Shown here in pieces: positions 1 through 9,987 of a stretch of DNA of 64,000 bases (positions are counted from its first letter, which is position 1; each line of letters begins with the position of its first letter). The stretch spans positions 64,001 to 128,000 of IMG/VR virus record IMGVR_UViG_2660238657_000001. One strand, given 5' to 3'. The DNA is from a virus. Lineage: Duplodnaviria; Caudoviricetes. The notes beneath the pieces are model-generated. The model was not told the origin of the DNA, did no database searches, and worked only from the letters and a program-made list of their open reading frames with translations. Position numbers and translations under genes: made by a program.

Positions 1-392
1 CTCCAACCAATTCTAGGTGCTTTCTCTACATTTAACCCTATTCTTTCAGCTTCGTCTTTAAAGTTTTCGTTATGACGCCCTCTCGATGAACAATCCTCAA
101 CTCCCTTGAATGAATTAGAAATATGGCACATTTCATGCAAAAATGTCTCCATTATTTCTTCATAAGTTCTATTAAGAAAATCAGCTACAATATTTATTTC
201 ATACATATAATTTTCTTTATCACCTATTTTCTCACACCACCAAGGTTCACTTGAACACCATCCTAATACTTGTTTACTTTTACTCTTTGGTTGTGATTGA
301 ATTGTAATTACACAAGGCAATAATTCACCATTAAACTTCCTCTCATTGAAAATATCATATGCTTTGTGTAATTCCCTTATAATTTTATCCAT
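1..392 (-). CDS. SprT-like zinc metalloprotease (partial, runs off window start)
   Basis: Manual translation MDKIIRELHKAYDIFNERKFNGELLPCVITIQ...ETFLHEMCH...H; HExxH motif; RBS AAGGGGGAG upstream. Confidence 0.75.
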   Translation of the reverse strand, partial: MDKIIRELHKAYDIFNERKFNGELLPCVITIQSQPKSKSKQVLGWCSSEPWWCEKIGDKENYMYEINIVADFLNRTYEEIMETFLHEMCHISNSFKGVEDCSSRGRHNENFKDEAERIGLNVEKAPRIGW

Positions 393-526
393 AATAACTC
401 CCCCTTAAATATCTACTAATAATATATGCTATTAATAGATGTATTGTTCATATTTTCATTGATATGTTTTAATTTGTTTTCTATGCTCTTAAAATAGACA
501 TTTTATTTAATTTTAAATATATGTAT

Positions 527-1309
527 TTATATAACTTTCTTATTCTTTTCTTTTAAATATGTATTAATTCTTTCTTGACATATATTAAAATATTTTTTAT
601 CTTTTTCAAGCCCTATAAATTTTCTATTGGTTTCTAAACAAGCTACTGCAGTTGTACCTGATCCAATTGTAAAATCTAAAACCATATTATTTTCATTTGT
701 ATAGGTTTTTACCAAATCTTTAATTAAATCAACTGGTTTTTCGGTTGGATGTATTGGTGGGTGAGGTCTTGGATATATCATTAACTGACGAGGATATTTT
801 TTAGTATCTCCTCTTCTCTTTGCTGAAGGATTGTGACAACTATTGAATCCATTATAATTATTATTACTATGTAACCTTTCTCTAAACTTTATCCCCATTC
901 CATGTAATGGCTTCCCTTCCCAAAATTGAGGATTATAAGTGCATTGTTTTTCATAGAAAATAGCTATTTCTTCTATATCTTTTAAAGGCATACGCTTAGC
1001 ATTTAAAAACCCACTTGGTCTATCTTTTTGCCAATATTTCATAATCTTAAAGTGTTTTAAATTACTACATATTAGACTACTAGTAAATGGTTGATTGGTT
1101 AATATTATAATAGGTGTAGTTTTATTTTTACGTACTTTATATAACTTATCCCACATTGTATCAAAGGGAATTACGCTATCCCATTTATTTTTTGTTATTC
1201 CTTGAGGTATATCAGTAATTATTGCATCTACTTTTATCCCTTGTTTTATCATTAAATCCATACCTTCTAAACAATCCATATTATAAATTGTATTTATTTC
1301 TATATTCAT
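527..1309 (-). CDS. Orphan beta-class N6A/N4C DNA methyltransferase
   Basis: DCLEGM, IITDIPQ (motif IV variant), HPTEKP, VLDFTIGSGTT (motif I). Confidence 0.85.
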   Translation of the reverse strand: MNIEINTIYNMDCLEGMDLMIKQGIKVDAIITDIPQGITKNKWDSVIPFDTMWDKLYKVRKNKTTPIIILTNQPFTSSLICSNLKHFKIMKYWQKDRPSGFLNAKRMPLKDIEEIAIFYEKQCTYNPQFWEGKPLHGMGIKFRERLHSNNNYNGFNSCHNPSAKRRGDTKKYPRQLMIYPRPHPPIHPTEKPVDLIKDLVKTYTNENNMVLDFTIGSGTTAVACLETNRKFIGLEKDKKYFNICQERINTYLKEKNKKVI

Positions 1310-1408
1310 TTAACCCCCTCCTCTAATTTATTTGTTTTTTAATTTAATTTTAAATCCTATAAAATGAGTTTTTTATTACGTATATTTTCCAACTATTCTA
1401 CGTACTCT

Positions 1409-2101
1409 TTATTCTTCTATATCAAAAATACTAATATCAGTTTCTTTATATAGATTGTCTATATTTTTATTATATTCTTCCTGTTCTTCTGTGTTTAAGT
1501 GTCTCATATTTTTCAATACTGTATTTGTTTTATCATCAATACATTTCCTCTTATTTAATCTTAATTCTGTTAAAATGGAGTTGATTCCATTTTCTATTGT
1601 TATATCCATTATTGGATTACAAATAAAATTATAAGCCTTTTTAAACCTGTCTTTGCCAAGTCGCTCTATGCTTTTCTTAAACATTCCTCTAAAAAACAAG
1701 CTATCAATAATATGAACTGTATCAGGTATCATAACTATGACTTTTAAATTGTGTTGATTTTCTACAATCTTATCTATTCTGTCTAAGTCAAATATATTTC
1801 TTAATTTGATTCCATAATCTCTACCACATAGCACTTGTTTATTAATTATAACTTTTTCTAAATCTATGGATATTATGCAGATATCATCTCTTTTTACGTT
1901 TCTATTATTATCCACTACCTCCCTGTCATCTTTTTCTAGCCATTTTCTTATCTCTTTACAAGTACCATGATAATCTCTTCCTACTATCATCGCACCATGT
2001 AAAGTATCATCTACTCTAAATGGTGGTGTAATTCTTGTTTTTAATTCATCAATTAATTCAACTAAATTAAAACTATCATAATTTATATGTTGTCCTCTCA
2101 T
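1409..2101 (-). CDS. Hypothetical protein with STAS-like (DUF4325-type) segment and shared 32-aa C-terminal tail
   Basis: LCGRDYG..LR..F.LD, VMIPDTV..IDSLFFRGMF pattern; RBS present. Confidence 0.5.
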   Translation of the reverse strand: MRGQHINYDSFNLVELIDELKTRITPPFRVDDTLHGAMIVGRDYHGTCKEIRKWLEKDDREVVDNNRNVKRDDICIISIDLEKVIINKQVLCGRDYGIKLRNIFDLDRIDKIVENQHNLKVIVMIPDTVHIIDSLFFRGMFKKSIERLGKDRFKKAYNFICNPIMDITIENGINSILTELRLNKRKCIDDKTNTVLKNMRHLNTEEQEEYNKNIDNLYKETDISIFDIEE

Positions 2102-2122
2102 ATCTATTACCCCCTATATTAA

Positions 2123-2533
2123 TCAAAACCATTCTCCATATAACAATGTTTCTTTTTTAAAGTCTGTTGTTTCAAGACACTTTGTTAATTCTTCTATATG
2201 TTCGTCCAATTCTTCATATACGTTTTCATATTCAACGTTTTGTCTTGCCAATTTCATTGATTGTAATATAATTTGTATATCTTCTTTATCCAAAACTAAG
2301 TCTCTAGCATCTTCAAAATCGACTTGTTTATTCCCTATATTTCTTTGATCTATTAAATGAGCAATATCCCAACTAGATGTATATAACACTTGTGTCCAAA
2401 TGTCGCATCTCCATTTTTCAAATTGATTACAATCCTTATTTAATTCCTTCCACTTTTTATCTTTAATTTTTTCATATTCTAAATCATTGTTCACCTTGAA
2501 TTTAATTTTGAATAAAGTTGCATCTAATCCCAT
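2123..2533 (-). CDS. Phage hypothetical protein (MGLD...Y..W family)
   Basis: ORF with RBS; MGLD start and DF.KE.L.Y..W end typical of phage accessory proteins. Confidence 0.7.
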   Translation of the reverse strand: MGLDATLFKIKFKVNNDLEYEKIKDKKWKELNKDCNQFEKWRCDIWTQVLYTSSWDIAHLIDQRNIGNKQVDFEDARDLVLDKEDIQIILQSMKLARQNVEYENVYEELDEHIEELTKCLETTDFKKETLLYGEWF

Positions 2534-2553
2534 TATTATCCCTCCTTCTATGT

Positions 2554-3060
2554 TTATTGTTCTATATCAAAAATACTGCTATCAGTTTCTTTATATAGAT
2601 TATCTATATTTTTATTATATTCTTCTTGTTCTTCAGGTGTTAAATATCTCATATATTCTAGTATCGCATTTATTGGGTTGTTAATATATTTTTTTAATAG
2701 TTCTAAAAATGCTAATTTGTCACGTAGTTTGGGGAACTCATTATGTATTGCATTTAATTTTTCTTGTGTTTCGCCATCTATTTCATAAAAAGTAAAATAA
2801 GGATCGTTACTCATTAAATATCTATCTCTATCTTCTATAGACTGTTGTATTTCTTGTATTTCTTCATCTAACCTATCATGAATATAACCTATTATATCTT
2901 CTTTTGATGCATCTATGTAATCTTCATTTTTATATAGCGTACTATAGCTCCTAAATACTTCACATGAATCACCTGATATACTATCAGAGACAAAATAAAG
3001 TTTGTTTTTTTCTAAGTCATGGTAATCATTTTCCCCTATATATTTTATTAATTTGTTCAT
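2554..3060 (-). CDS. Hypothetical protein with shared C-terminal tail
   Basis: ORF track; co-oriented with neighbours. Confidence 0.7.
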   Translation of the reverse strand: MNKLIKYIGENDYHDLEKNKLYFVSDSISGDSCEVFRSYSTLYKNEDYIDASKEDIIGYIHDRLDEEIQEIQQSIEDRDRYLMSNDPYFTFYEIDGETQEKLNAIHNEFPKLRDKLAFLELLKKYINNPINAILEYMRYLTPEEQEEYNKNIDNLYKETDSSIFDIEQ

Positions 3061-3130
3061 ATTTACTTACTTTCTCTCTCTGTTATGATTTATTTTTAAT
3101 TTAATGTCATAACCTCATAAAAGATATGTT

Positions 3131-3325
3131 TTATGCTTCTATCATTCTTTTTAAATCCCATATTACATCCCTATAAGTATTGATCCTAGTTTCTAAATAT
3201 TCATTACTCGACACACTTATAAGATTATCTTCTAGCATTTCTTTACAAGTCTTCATTTGTACTTTGTATGTAGCAATTAATTTTTCTATCTCTTTTGATT
3301 CTACTATCATATTTTCCTCCCACAA
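3131..3325 (-). CDS. Hypothetical protein
   Basis: ORF track; true start probably the internal ATG after GGAGG. Confidence 0.6.
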   Translation of the reverse strand: MWEENMIVESKEIEKLIATYKVQMKTCKEMLEDNLISVSSNEYLETRINTYRDVIWDLKRMIEA

Positions 3326-3390
3326 TTACTATTATATTCCTATTAGCTTAAAATTGCAATACTTTTATTTTAATTAATTTGTATTTAATT

Positions 3391-3801
3391 TTATAAATCA
3401 TCAATCCTCCATAGTTTTCTCAAATAATCTCTATATTTAGTATCAACATTAAATTTATATCTCTCAAAACTTCCGATCCCCTTATTATTGCATATGTATA
3501 CTATCTCATTATTCTTAACTTTTATAGCCATATTGCCATACCTATAGACTTCCACACCTTCTCTATCATCAGGCATTTTAACACCTGATAAAGCATTACT
3601 ACTTAATTTCTTCATAACTTCTTTATATGTACAATTCTCATTTCCTTTAACATTATATATATAATATTTATAAACCCCATATCTCAAATTGTACCAAGTT
3701 TCTTTTTTATTGTATTTTGATTCTCCTCTATAATTTAATTCTCTTGCTAATTTACATTTTATCTTCCACTTAAAATTATCTAAATAATTTAATCCTATCA
3801 T
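3391..3801 (-). CDS. Hypothetical protein
   Basis: ORF with GGAGG RBS. Confidence 0.7.
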   Translation of the reverse strand: MIGLNYLDNFKWKIKCKLARELNYRGESKYNKKETWYNLRYGVYKYYIYNVKGNENCTYKEVMKKLSSNALSGVKMPDDREGVEVYRYGNMAIKVKNNEIVYICNNKGIGSFERYKFNVDTKYRDYLRKLWRIDDL

Positions 3802-3854
3802 AGCTAATCCTCCATATTTTTTAATTTAATACTTACATAAAACTTGAATTTTAT

Positions 3855-6800
3855 TTATATTTCACTTAACAATCCCTTAAATTTTTCATAGTTTACTTTT
3901 ACCCCATCATCTAAATCCATTTCTATTTGCATATCTGCCATATGATGTAAAACTTCATCATATTTCTTTAACTCATCTATTTGCTCATTAATAACTGTAA
4001 GCTTTTTCTTAGCATTATTCTTTTCCTTAGTGCCATAATCACCATGTATTATATTAGATAAGGATTCTCTTTTTATTTCAAGTTTGTTTTTAATGTTATG
4101 TAAATAATCTGTTCTTATTCTTGATAAAGTTGTTTCATCGTACCTATGTATGTAAATCAAACAGTTAAAAGCTTTTTCCCTTCCTGATGTAAACAGCCAA
4201 TATATGGGTCTATTTTCATAAATATCGACATGGTCTTTAAAGAAATCATCAAGAAAATATCTTCTTATAGTATCTTTTGTTATTTCATTGCTCTTCTTAC
4301 CAAGTGTTTCAGCTATAAAATTAAGATTTTCCGATAAATTTTCTTCCCCAAAGGTAATTTTTACAAATTCTACGAATTTAGATACTATATCATCTTCAAA
4401 ATAACTATCTGAAAGTATTGGTATTATATTATCCTCATCGACTTTAAATATTTTATATTTTGAAGAATCAAACTCTCCTCCAGCATATATAAGCCCTTCT
4501 TGGTCTAATGAATATCTACCAAGCATACAACCTACTGCATATGATATAAATGATTTAATATCTCTTTCTCTGTCAGCCTTTCTTATAGTTACACTCCTTT
4601 CTTCAATTTCTGAAGCCATTTCATCTTGAAGATTGTATATATTTATAAATATTCTATTCAATTCTTCTTCATTAGTTTTTAATTGATTAAATTGTTTATT
4701 TGTAAACTCGCTCCATTTATTAAATGATTCCTCTATACTATTTTCTTTAAATTCTAGTAATGGATGAAGTTTAAAATCCCATGAAGTTTCGAAAAAGTCC
4801 CAATCGGTTTTTGCTATATCAATATTTTGTTTTACCAAATAATCTATTTTTTTATTTATATTTGATGAATTAGACGTAATAACAGGGAAACGTTTTATAT
4901 TACCTGATGTTAAATTCATGGTTGGTGCAATTATTTTATAAAGATATTTTCCTACTTCGCTATTGAAATACCCTAAAAAATAATAAAGCTTGTCTTGATC
5001 TTTTACAAACAATGAATCTCCAGATTGATCGAATAAAAATCCATTAGGTAAATATCTTAATACTATTTCTGTACCGATGCGTTTCCATGTTAATCCTTCT
5101 TTAAAGTGAAAGTTTTCATTACTTATTATGGAACTTTTGTGGTTTCTGATTTCTTGCCCGTCATTTTCCCAATTCACTAATTTAAGGTAATTTCCATACC
5201 ACTTTCTTAGTTTACCACCTCCATTGTATCTATACCATTTGCAATTATTTGTATTAATAATATTAGTTTTATTTATATTAACTTCATACCAACAACGTAT
5301 AAACATTCTATTATCCCCTGTTTGTATTCCAGTACAAGAATTTACATAATCTTCAGCTTTATTTTCTTTAAAAAGTTTTAAAATTTTTTCACTCGCCCAG
5401 TATCCCGACATAAAATAATTGGGTAGCAAACCAAACATACTACTTTTACATTTGTATCTATAATTTGCTTTGGGGTTGTTAATCGCCTCTAGAGTTTTAA
5501 TTGATTGGTTACTGTATTTTTTAAACTTAGATAATTTAATATACTCGCCAAATAAATCAATATTGTAGTTTCTTAATGTAAATGTGCATACCGGAACACA
5601 TGCTTCAGGAAATGCGTTGTATTCAAGTTCTATAAATGAACTTATATTTTTATTAGATATTATATGTTTTCTAACATTTTTATGAGAAGGTAATATTGTC
5701 CAAACAAAAGGTACAACAAATCCCAAATGACCATTTCTTTTTACTTTTTGTATACAATAATCAATAAACATTGTAAATAAATCCGATTTTGTTTTATCAT
5801 AGTTCTCCTTTGCAAAGTTAAATAAAGTTGAATTCATATATTTGCTTTTTAAATAAGGTGGGTTTGTGACTAAAATATCATATGTATTCATCATTATATT
5901 TGTTTGTTTTAATAAATCTTTTAATAGCCCAGCTATTCTTTTATGCCTTAAACCTTCTTCAACTATTGTTTTTTTTATAAAATTATTTGATATATAATCA
6001 CATCTTTTTTCAAAAAACTTTTTATCAAACTCTTCTACATTTGTAAGTGAACCATATATCTTAGCATCTCTAAACTGCTCAATAAAGGCTTTTACTTTAT
6101 TATAATTTTCTCCTGAAGACTCCCCCGCTATGTACTCTATATCCATGTCATCTAAATTATTAGTTTCTTGTATGGGTGCTATGTTGATTCTTATTTCTTC
6201 TTTTGCTATACTTCTAAGAAATCTATTATTATACTTCATCCCCTTCATAACAACAGCAAAACAAGCAAGTTGGTAAGCTCTATTGTCTATATCAAGTCCA
6301 TAAAGATTGTTTTCTATAATAAGTCTTGGTATTTCTCTCTTCATATACCCACATCTTTTATATATTTGATACAATACATCAAACATATAAACTAATATAT
6401 GACCTGAACCACAAGCAGGGTCAAAACATTTAATATCCTCTACCTTTAGTTCCTTATTTATATATGGAGCTAACTTTTCTTTAAAATCTGGATCTGAATT
6501 GGGATTTTCAAGATAAAATTCCCATCCTTTTTTTAATTGATTATGCTCTGGATGAGATTCCACCCAATACCTCCCCAATGAGTTTTGAACCATATATCTA
6601 ATTATCCAATCAGGTGTAAATAACTGAGTAGCAAATGGAATTTCTTCTTTTGTGTATTTCTTTTTAGCCTTTATAACATTCTCTTTTGCCTCTGAATTAT
6701 AATACTGATACAGCCACCCTATAATACAAGGATCTTCCCATTCTTTTTGAATATCGTCTGTAATTTTTAAATTTAACAATTTGTCTACCATACTATATCT

Positions 6801-7043
6801 AAATGTATTTTCTTCATCTTTTATATAAGTAAAAACTATATTATCAAAAAAATTTTTTATCATGTTTATATCAACATTATCTTTAAAATTATGTTCGATG
6901 TATTTAATCATATTATATTTACTAAACCAAATATATTCTAATTTATTTATTTCTTTATTTGATAAGCCATTACAATTGCTTATCAAATAATTATGCAATG
7001 TTTTTTTGCTTATTTTGGCATATTGTTTGATTTTTTTGTTCAT
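3855..7043 (-). CDS. pglX: BREX-1 adenine methyltransferase PglX (BrxX)-like, orphan, shortened N-terminus
   Basis: IGWLYQYYNSE, ATQLFTPDWIIRYMVQNSLG, DPACGSGH, NPPY, RKWYGN, ISYAVGCMLGRYSLD, RPIYWLF, DLDDGVKVNYEKF are PglX hallmarks. Confidence 0.9.
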   Translation of the reverse strand: MNKKIKQYAKISKKTLHNYLISNCNGLSNKEINKLEYIWFSKYNMIKYIEHNFKDNVDINMIKNFFDNIVFTYIKDEENTFRYSMVDKLLNLKITDDIQKEWEDPCIIGWLYQYYNSEAKENVIKAKKKYTKEEIPFATQLFTPDWIIRYMVQNSLGRYWVESHPEHNQLKKGWEFYLENPNSDPDFKEKLAPYINKELKVEDIKCFDPACGSGHILVYMFDVLYQIYKRCGYMKREIPRLIIENNLYGLDIDNRAYQLACFAVVMKGMKYNNRFLRSIAKEEIRINIAPIQETNNLDDMDIEYIAGESSGENYNKVKAFIEQFRDAKIYGSLTNVEEFDKKFFEKRCDYISNNFIKKTIVEEGLRHKRIAGLLKDLLKQTNIMMNTYDILVTNPPYLKSKYMNSTLFNFAKENYDKTKSDLFTMFIDYCIQKVKRNGHLGFVVPFVWTILPSHKNVRKHIISNKNISSFIELEYNAFPEACVPVCTFTLRNYNIDLFGEYIKLSKFKKYSNQSIKTLEAINNPKANYRYKCKSSMFGLLPNYFMSGYWASEKILKLFKENKAEDYVNSCTGIQTGDNRMFIRCWYEVNINKTNIINTNNCKWYRYNGGGKLRKWYGNYLKLVNWENDGQEIRNHKSSIISNENFHFKEGLTWKRIGTEIVLRYLPNGFLFDQSGDSLFVKDQDKLYYFLGYFNSEVGKYLYKIIAPTMNLTSGNIKRFPVITSNSSNINKKIDYLVKQNIDIAKTDWDFFETSWDFKLHPLLEFKENSIEESFNKWSEFTNKQFNQLKTNEEELNRIFINIYNLQDEMASEIEERSVTIRKADRERDIKSFISYAVGCMLGRYSLDQEGLIYAGGEFDSSKYKIFKVDEDNIIPILSDSYFEDDIVSKFVEFVKITFGEENLSENLNFIAETLGKKSNEITKDTIRRYFLDDFFKDHVDIYENRPIYWLFTSGREKAFNCLIYIHRYDETTLSRIRTDYLHNIKNKLEIKRESLSNIIHGDYGTKEKNNAKKKLTVINEQIDELKKYDEVLHHMADMQIEMDLDDGVKVNYEKFKGLLSEI

Positions 7044-7093
7044 TTTTCTCTCCTTTATTGTTATATTTTAATTAATTTTATTTAATACAGAAA

Positions 7094-8368
7094 TTAATAA
7101 TAACTTGGTTCAGTTTTATCGATTCTTATTCCTTTAAATACAGGGAATCTTAAAGATATACCACCATTTTGATTTTGTGTTTCTTCAAAATATTGCACCT
7201 CGACTATCTTTCCTAGTAAATCATTTTGATTATTCCATATATATTCTCTGTCTTGATCTGAAAATCCTGATCCAACACCGACTTGATTACCTTTGTAATC
7301 TACTAATATTTTCCCTAATGTATTAGATAACTTTCCTTCACCTTTTTCAAAACCAATTATTTTTAAATCTGCTGATTGCATAATTTTTACTTTTAATAAA
7401 TTCTTACTTCTTTTACATTCATAGGGTGCGTTACTCAAATTAACCATAACACCTTCCTTATCTTTACTTCTGGCTTCGTCTAATAATCTAATAATTTCAT
7501 TTTTATCTGTACCAATATATAACATAGGTACTTCTATTATATGCTCCAAGTTTAAATTGCTTAATAGGTCATGTAGTTGATTTTTCCTTTCTATACAAGG
7601 AGTTTTACATTTTCCATTTATAAAATCATTAATTGGGATTATATCAAAGCAATTAAATATTAAATTCTTTTTAATTCCATCTTTACGAGTTTCTTTCATG
7701 GTAGCTCTGTATAAATCTTTACTAGCCAACTTTTTATCATTTCTTAACAATAATTCTCCATCATAAACCATATTATCAGGCAATGACTTAACTTCCTCCT
7801 GTATTTCTACCATATCTTCAATTGGCTGTCCTTGTCTTGTAAAGAATTTAACATTTCCATTCTCTTTTATTATTACTGCACGTCCACCATCTAATTTTGT
7901 TGTAACAATAAATTCGCCATTGATCCTATTCTGATTGGTAAAATATTTATCTGCTAACATTACATTGAATTCTGGTATAAATCCTTTTCCATATACTTTA
8001 TTTAATGTTTTTGCAGTTACACCTATTTTTAAAGATTTAGTTGCTATTTGTTTCAGTACATCTCTCAATTGTTCATCTTGGTCGTTAATAAATCCAATAA
8101 TGCTTTTAATATCCATATCTCTACCTGTATTATTAACTTTTAAATATTCCATCATTTCTTTTATGTTTGTTATGCTACTGTTTGAATTTATATCTTTGAA
8201 TTTATTATATTTCTTACTACTAATTCCTGTTACTATATATGGATTAAATATAAATTGAAATATATTTGATAATAATTCGTTTTCCTTATTATTATTTAAT
8301 ATAGTTTCCTTTTCATTTCTGCTAGATGTACTAGCTATTTGAGTAACAATTTCATAGATTTTTTTCAT
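7094..8368 (-). CDS. ATP-dependent DNA ligase
   Basis: KLDGGR adenylation motif, YDGEL, FDI, EGVMV, KVK, VGSGFSD, SLRFPVF. Confidence 0.95.
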   Translation of the reverse strand: MKKIYEIVTQIASTSSRNEKETILNNNKENELLSNIFQFIFNPYIVTGISSKKYNKFKDINSNSSITNIKEMMEYLKVNNTGRDMDIKSIIGFINDQDEQLRDVLKQIATKSLKIGVTAKTLNKVYGKGFIPEFNVMLADKYFTNQNRINGEFIVTTKLDGGRAVIIKENGNVKFFTRQGQPIEDMVEIQEEVKSLPDNMVYDGELLLRNDKKLASKDLYRATMKETRKDGIKKNLIFNCFDIIPINDFINGKCKTPCIERKNQLHDLLSNLNLEHIIEVPMLYIGTDKNEIIRLLDEARSKDKEGVMVNLSNAPYECKRSKNLLKVKIMQSADLKIIGFEKGEGKLSNTLGKILVDYKGNQVGVGSGFSDQDREYIWNNQNDLLGKIVEVQYFEETQNQNGGISLRFPVFKGIRIDKTEPSYY

Positions 8369-8427
8369 ATATTAACACCCTCTCTGATTTTAATTTATTT
8401 ATATAATTATATAATATTTTAGCACAA

Positions 8428-8811
8428 TTAACAAACATTTCTATTAGGCTTTGATATCAATGTTAAAATATTATGTGTATAACCCTTTTCATATTCTTTG
8501 TAAATATCCTTGATTGTCCAATTGTTGAGTTGCATTATATGTAGTATTCTATTTACAGTTAAATTTGTTTTATGTATTAAATCCAATATCTCAAAATTGC
8601 ATTTTAATTTGTCCATATCTTTATTATTGAAATTTTCTTCAAATTCTCTTAACTGTAATTCGTTTTCTAATTTTCTCTTTCTTAATACTATATTTCTATA
8701 ATCAGATAATGTCGTACTTGTACCATTCAATTTATTATTCATTATTTCGAATTCTATTTCTCTTTTTTCAACTCCATTTATTATTAATTCTTTACTTAAT
8801 ATTTTTCCCAT
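8428..8811 (-). CDS. Hypothetical protein
   Basis: ORF with GGAGG RBS. Confidence 0.65.
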   Translation of the reverse strand: MGKILSKELIINGVEKREIEFEIMNNKLNGTSTTLSDYRNIVLRKRKLENELQLREFEENFNNKDMDKLKCNFEILDLIHKTNLTVNRILHIMQLNNWTIKDIYKEYEKGYTHNILTLISKPNRNVC

Positions 8812-8856
8812 GCTAAAACCTCCAATATTTTAACTTACTTTTATAAACTGTTTTTT

Positions 8857-8890
8857 AATATGGGTTAAATGAACATATTTAACCCATATT
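8857..8890. terminator. Hairpin terminator after integrase-like gene
   Basis: AATATGGGTTAAAT...ATTTAACCCATATT inverted repeat. Confidence 0.6.
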
Positions 8891-8892
8891 GA

Positions 8893-9987
8893 TTATTCAG
8901 ATTTTTCTTTTTTAATAGTATCCCACAATCTTCTTAGTGAATGATATGTTCTCTTATTGCGAGATGCTATTACATCTTTAAAGTCCTGTACAACTAGCTT
9001 GCCTTTTTGTGCTTCTAATTTCTCTAATTCTTCTATCATACCGCTTTGTTCTAGTGTTGTTGTGTTTAGTTTTTTAACAAAGTATAAGTTTTCATCATCC
9101 ACAAAATAGTCTGTAGCATAATAAATTCTATTTATAATTGTAGACATTGAGACTGGTGTATTTTCCTCTTCTTCATCGCTCTTTAATTTACGTGAAGATT
9201 TTCTTACTACATAGTCATTTTGCACTACATAATGGGGTGCAGGATTTTTACCAATCTTGCCTGTTTTAATAGCCATATCTTTTTTTGGATCAGTAAACAG
9301 CTTACTTTCTGGCATAATCATCACAGTTTCTTCAATAGCATCTTTTATATATTCCATAGTTCTTGGATGTACATTAGTTAATATTCTCTCAGGCTTATGA
9401 ATGATTTCACCTGTACGTGGATTAATTTCATCATACGCACGTATTGTAATACTATTGTTGTCAAAATCTACATCTTCAACTTTTAAGTTTCTCATTTCAC
9501 ATTTTTCTTTCCCAACTATACCTTCAAAGAATAATATGAAGATTACTGCTATCTGAGAACTTTCCATAATGTCACAAATATTATATAGCTGTTCTCTAGT
9601 GATATATTTATATTTATCTAAATTTCTTACTACATAATCTTTCAAATTAGCAATAGTGTCGCAGAAATTTATTGCATTAGATCTAATACCCATACTAATA
9701 CAAAAATCAATATACTTTTTAATATGAGTGAGCCTTACTGCTAAACTTCCTTCTGAAGTTGCCTTAAATGACTTTAATAAACTTTCTATTTCATACTTAT
9801 TAAAATTATAGATATCCTTATCTAAATCTTTTTCCATGTAAAAATTAGCTAAATAGAAAGTCCCCTTTATACTTTCTTTAGTTCTTTCGTTATCATAGTA
9901 GTAGTCTATGAATCGATTTTTTACATCTTCATTGTACATTTCTTCTGTAACAACGAATCTTCTTTTATATTGTTTTACATTAGCCAT
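8893..9987 (-). CDS. Catalytically degenerate tyrosine-recombinase-fold protein, SPbeta YopR/MrpR-like repressor
   Basis: EKDLDKDIYNFNKYEIESLL, LFFEGI.G...EMRNLKVEDVD, TLEQSGM; catalytic Arg and HxxR not visible; overlaps DGQHR gene as in yopQ-yopR. Confidence 0.7.
   Translation of the reverse strand: MANVKQYKRRFVVTEEMYNEDVKNRFIDYYYDNERTKESIKGTFYLANFYMEKDLDKDIYNFNKYEIESLLKSFKATSEGSLAVRLTHIKKYIDFCISMGIRSNAINFCDTIANLKDYVVRNLDKYKYITREQLYNICDIMESSQIAVIFILFFEGIVGKEKCEMRNLKVEDVDFDNNSITIRAYDEINPRTGEIIHKPERILTNVHPRTMEYIKDAIEETVMIMPESKLFTDPKKDMAIKTGKIGKNPAPHYVVQNDYVVRKSSRKLKSDEEEENTPVSMSTIINRIYYATDYFVDDENLYFVKKLNTTTLEQSGMIEELEKLEAQKGKLVVQDFKDVIASRNKRTYHSLRRLWDTIKKEKSE

Larger units (their letters stand above)
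1409..2653. repeat. About 100-bp imperfect direct repeat (1409-1508 and 2554-2653) forming the 3' ends of two unrelated genes
   Basis: Direct sequence comparison; encodes MR(H/Y)L..EEQEEYNKNIDNLYKETD.SIFDIE(E/Q). Confidence 0.95.

Noticed and set aside
8893..9987. Active phage integrase
   Set aside because: Catalytic Arg and HxxR motif not visible; Rep and TubZRY point to plasmid lysogeny
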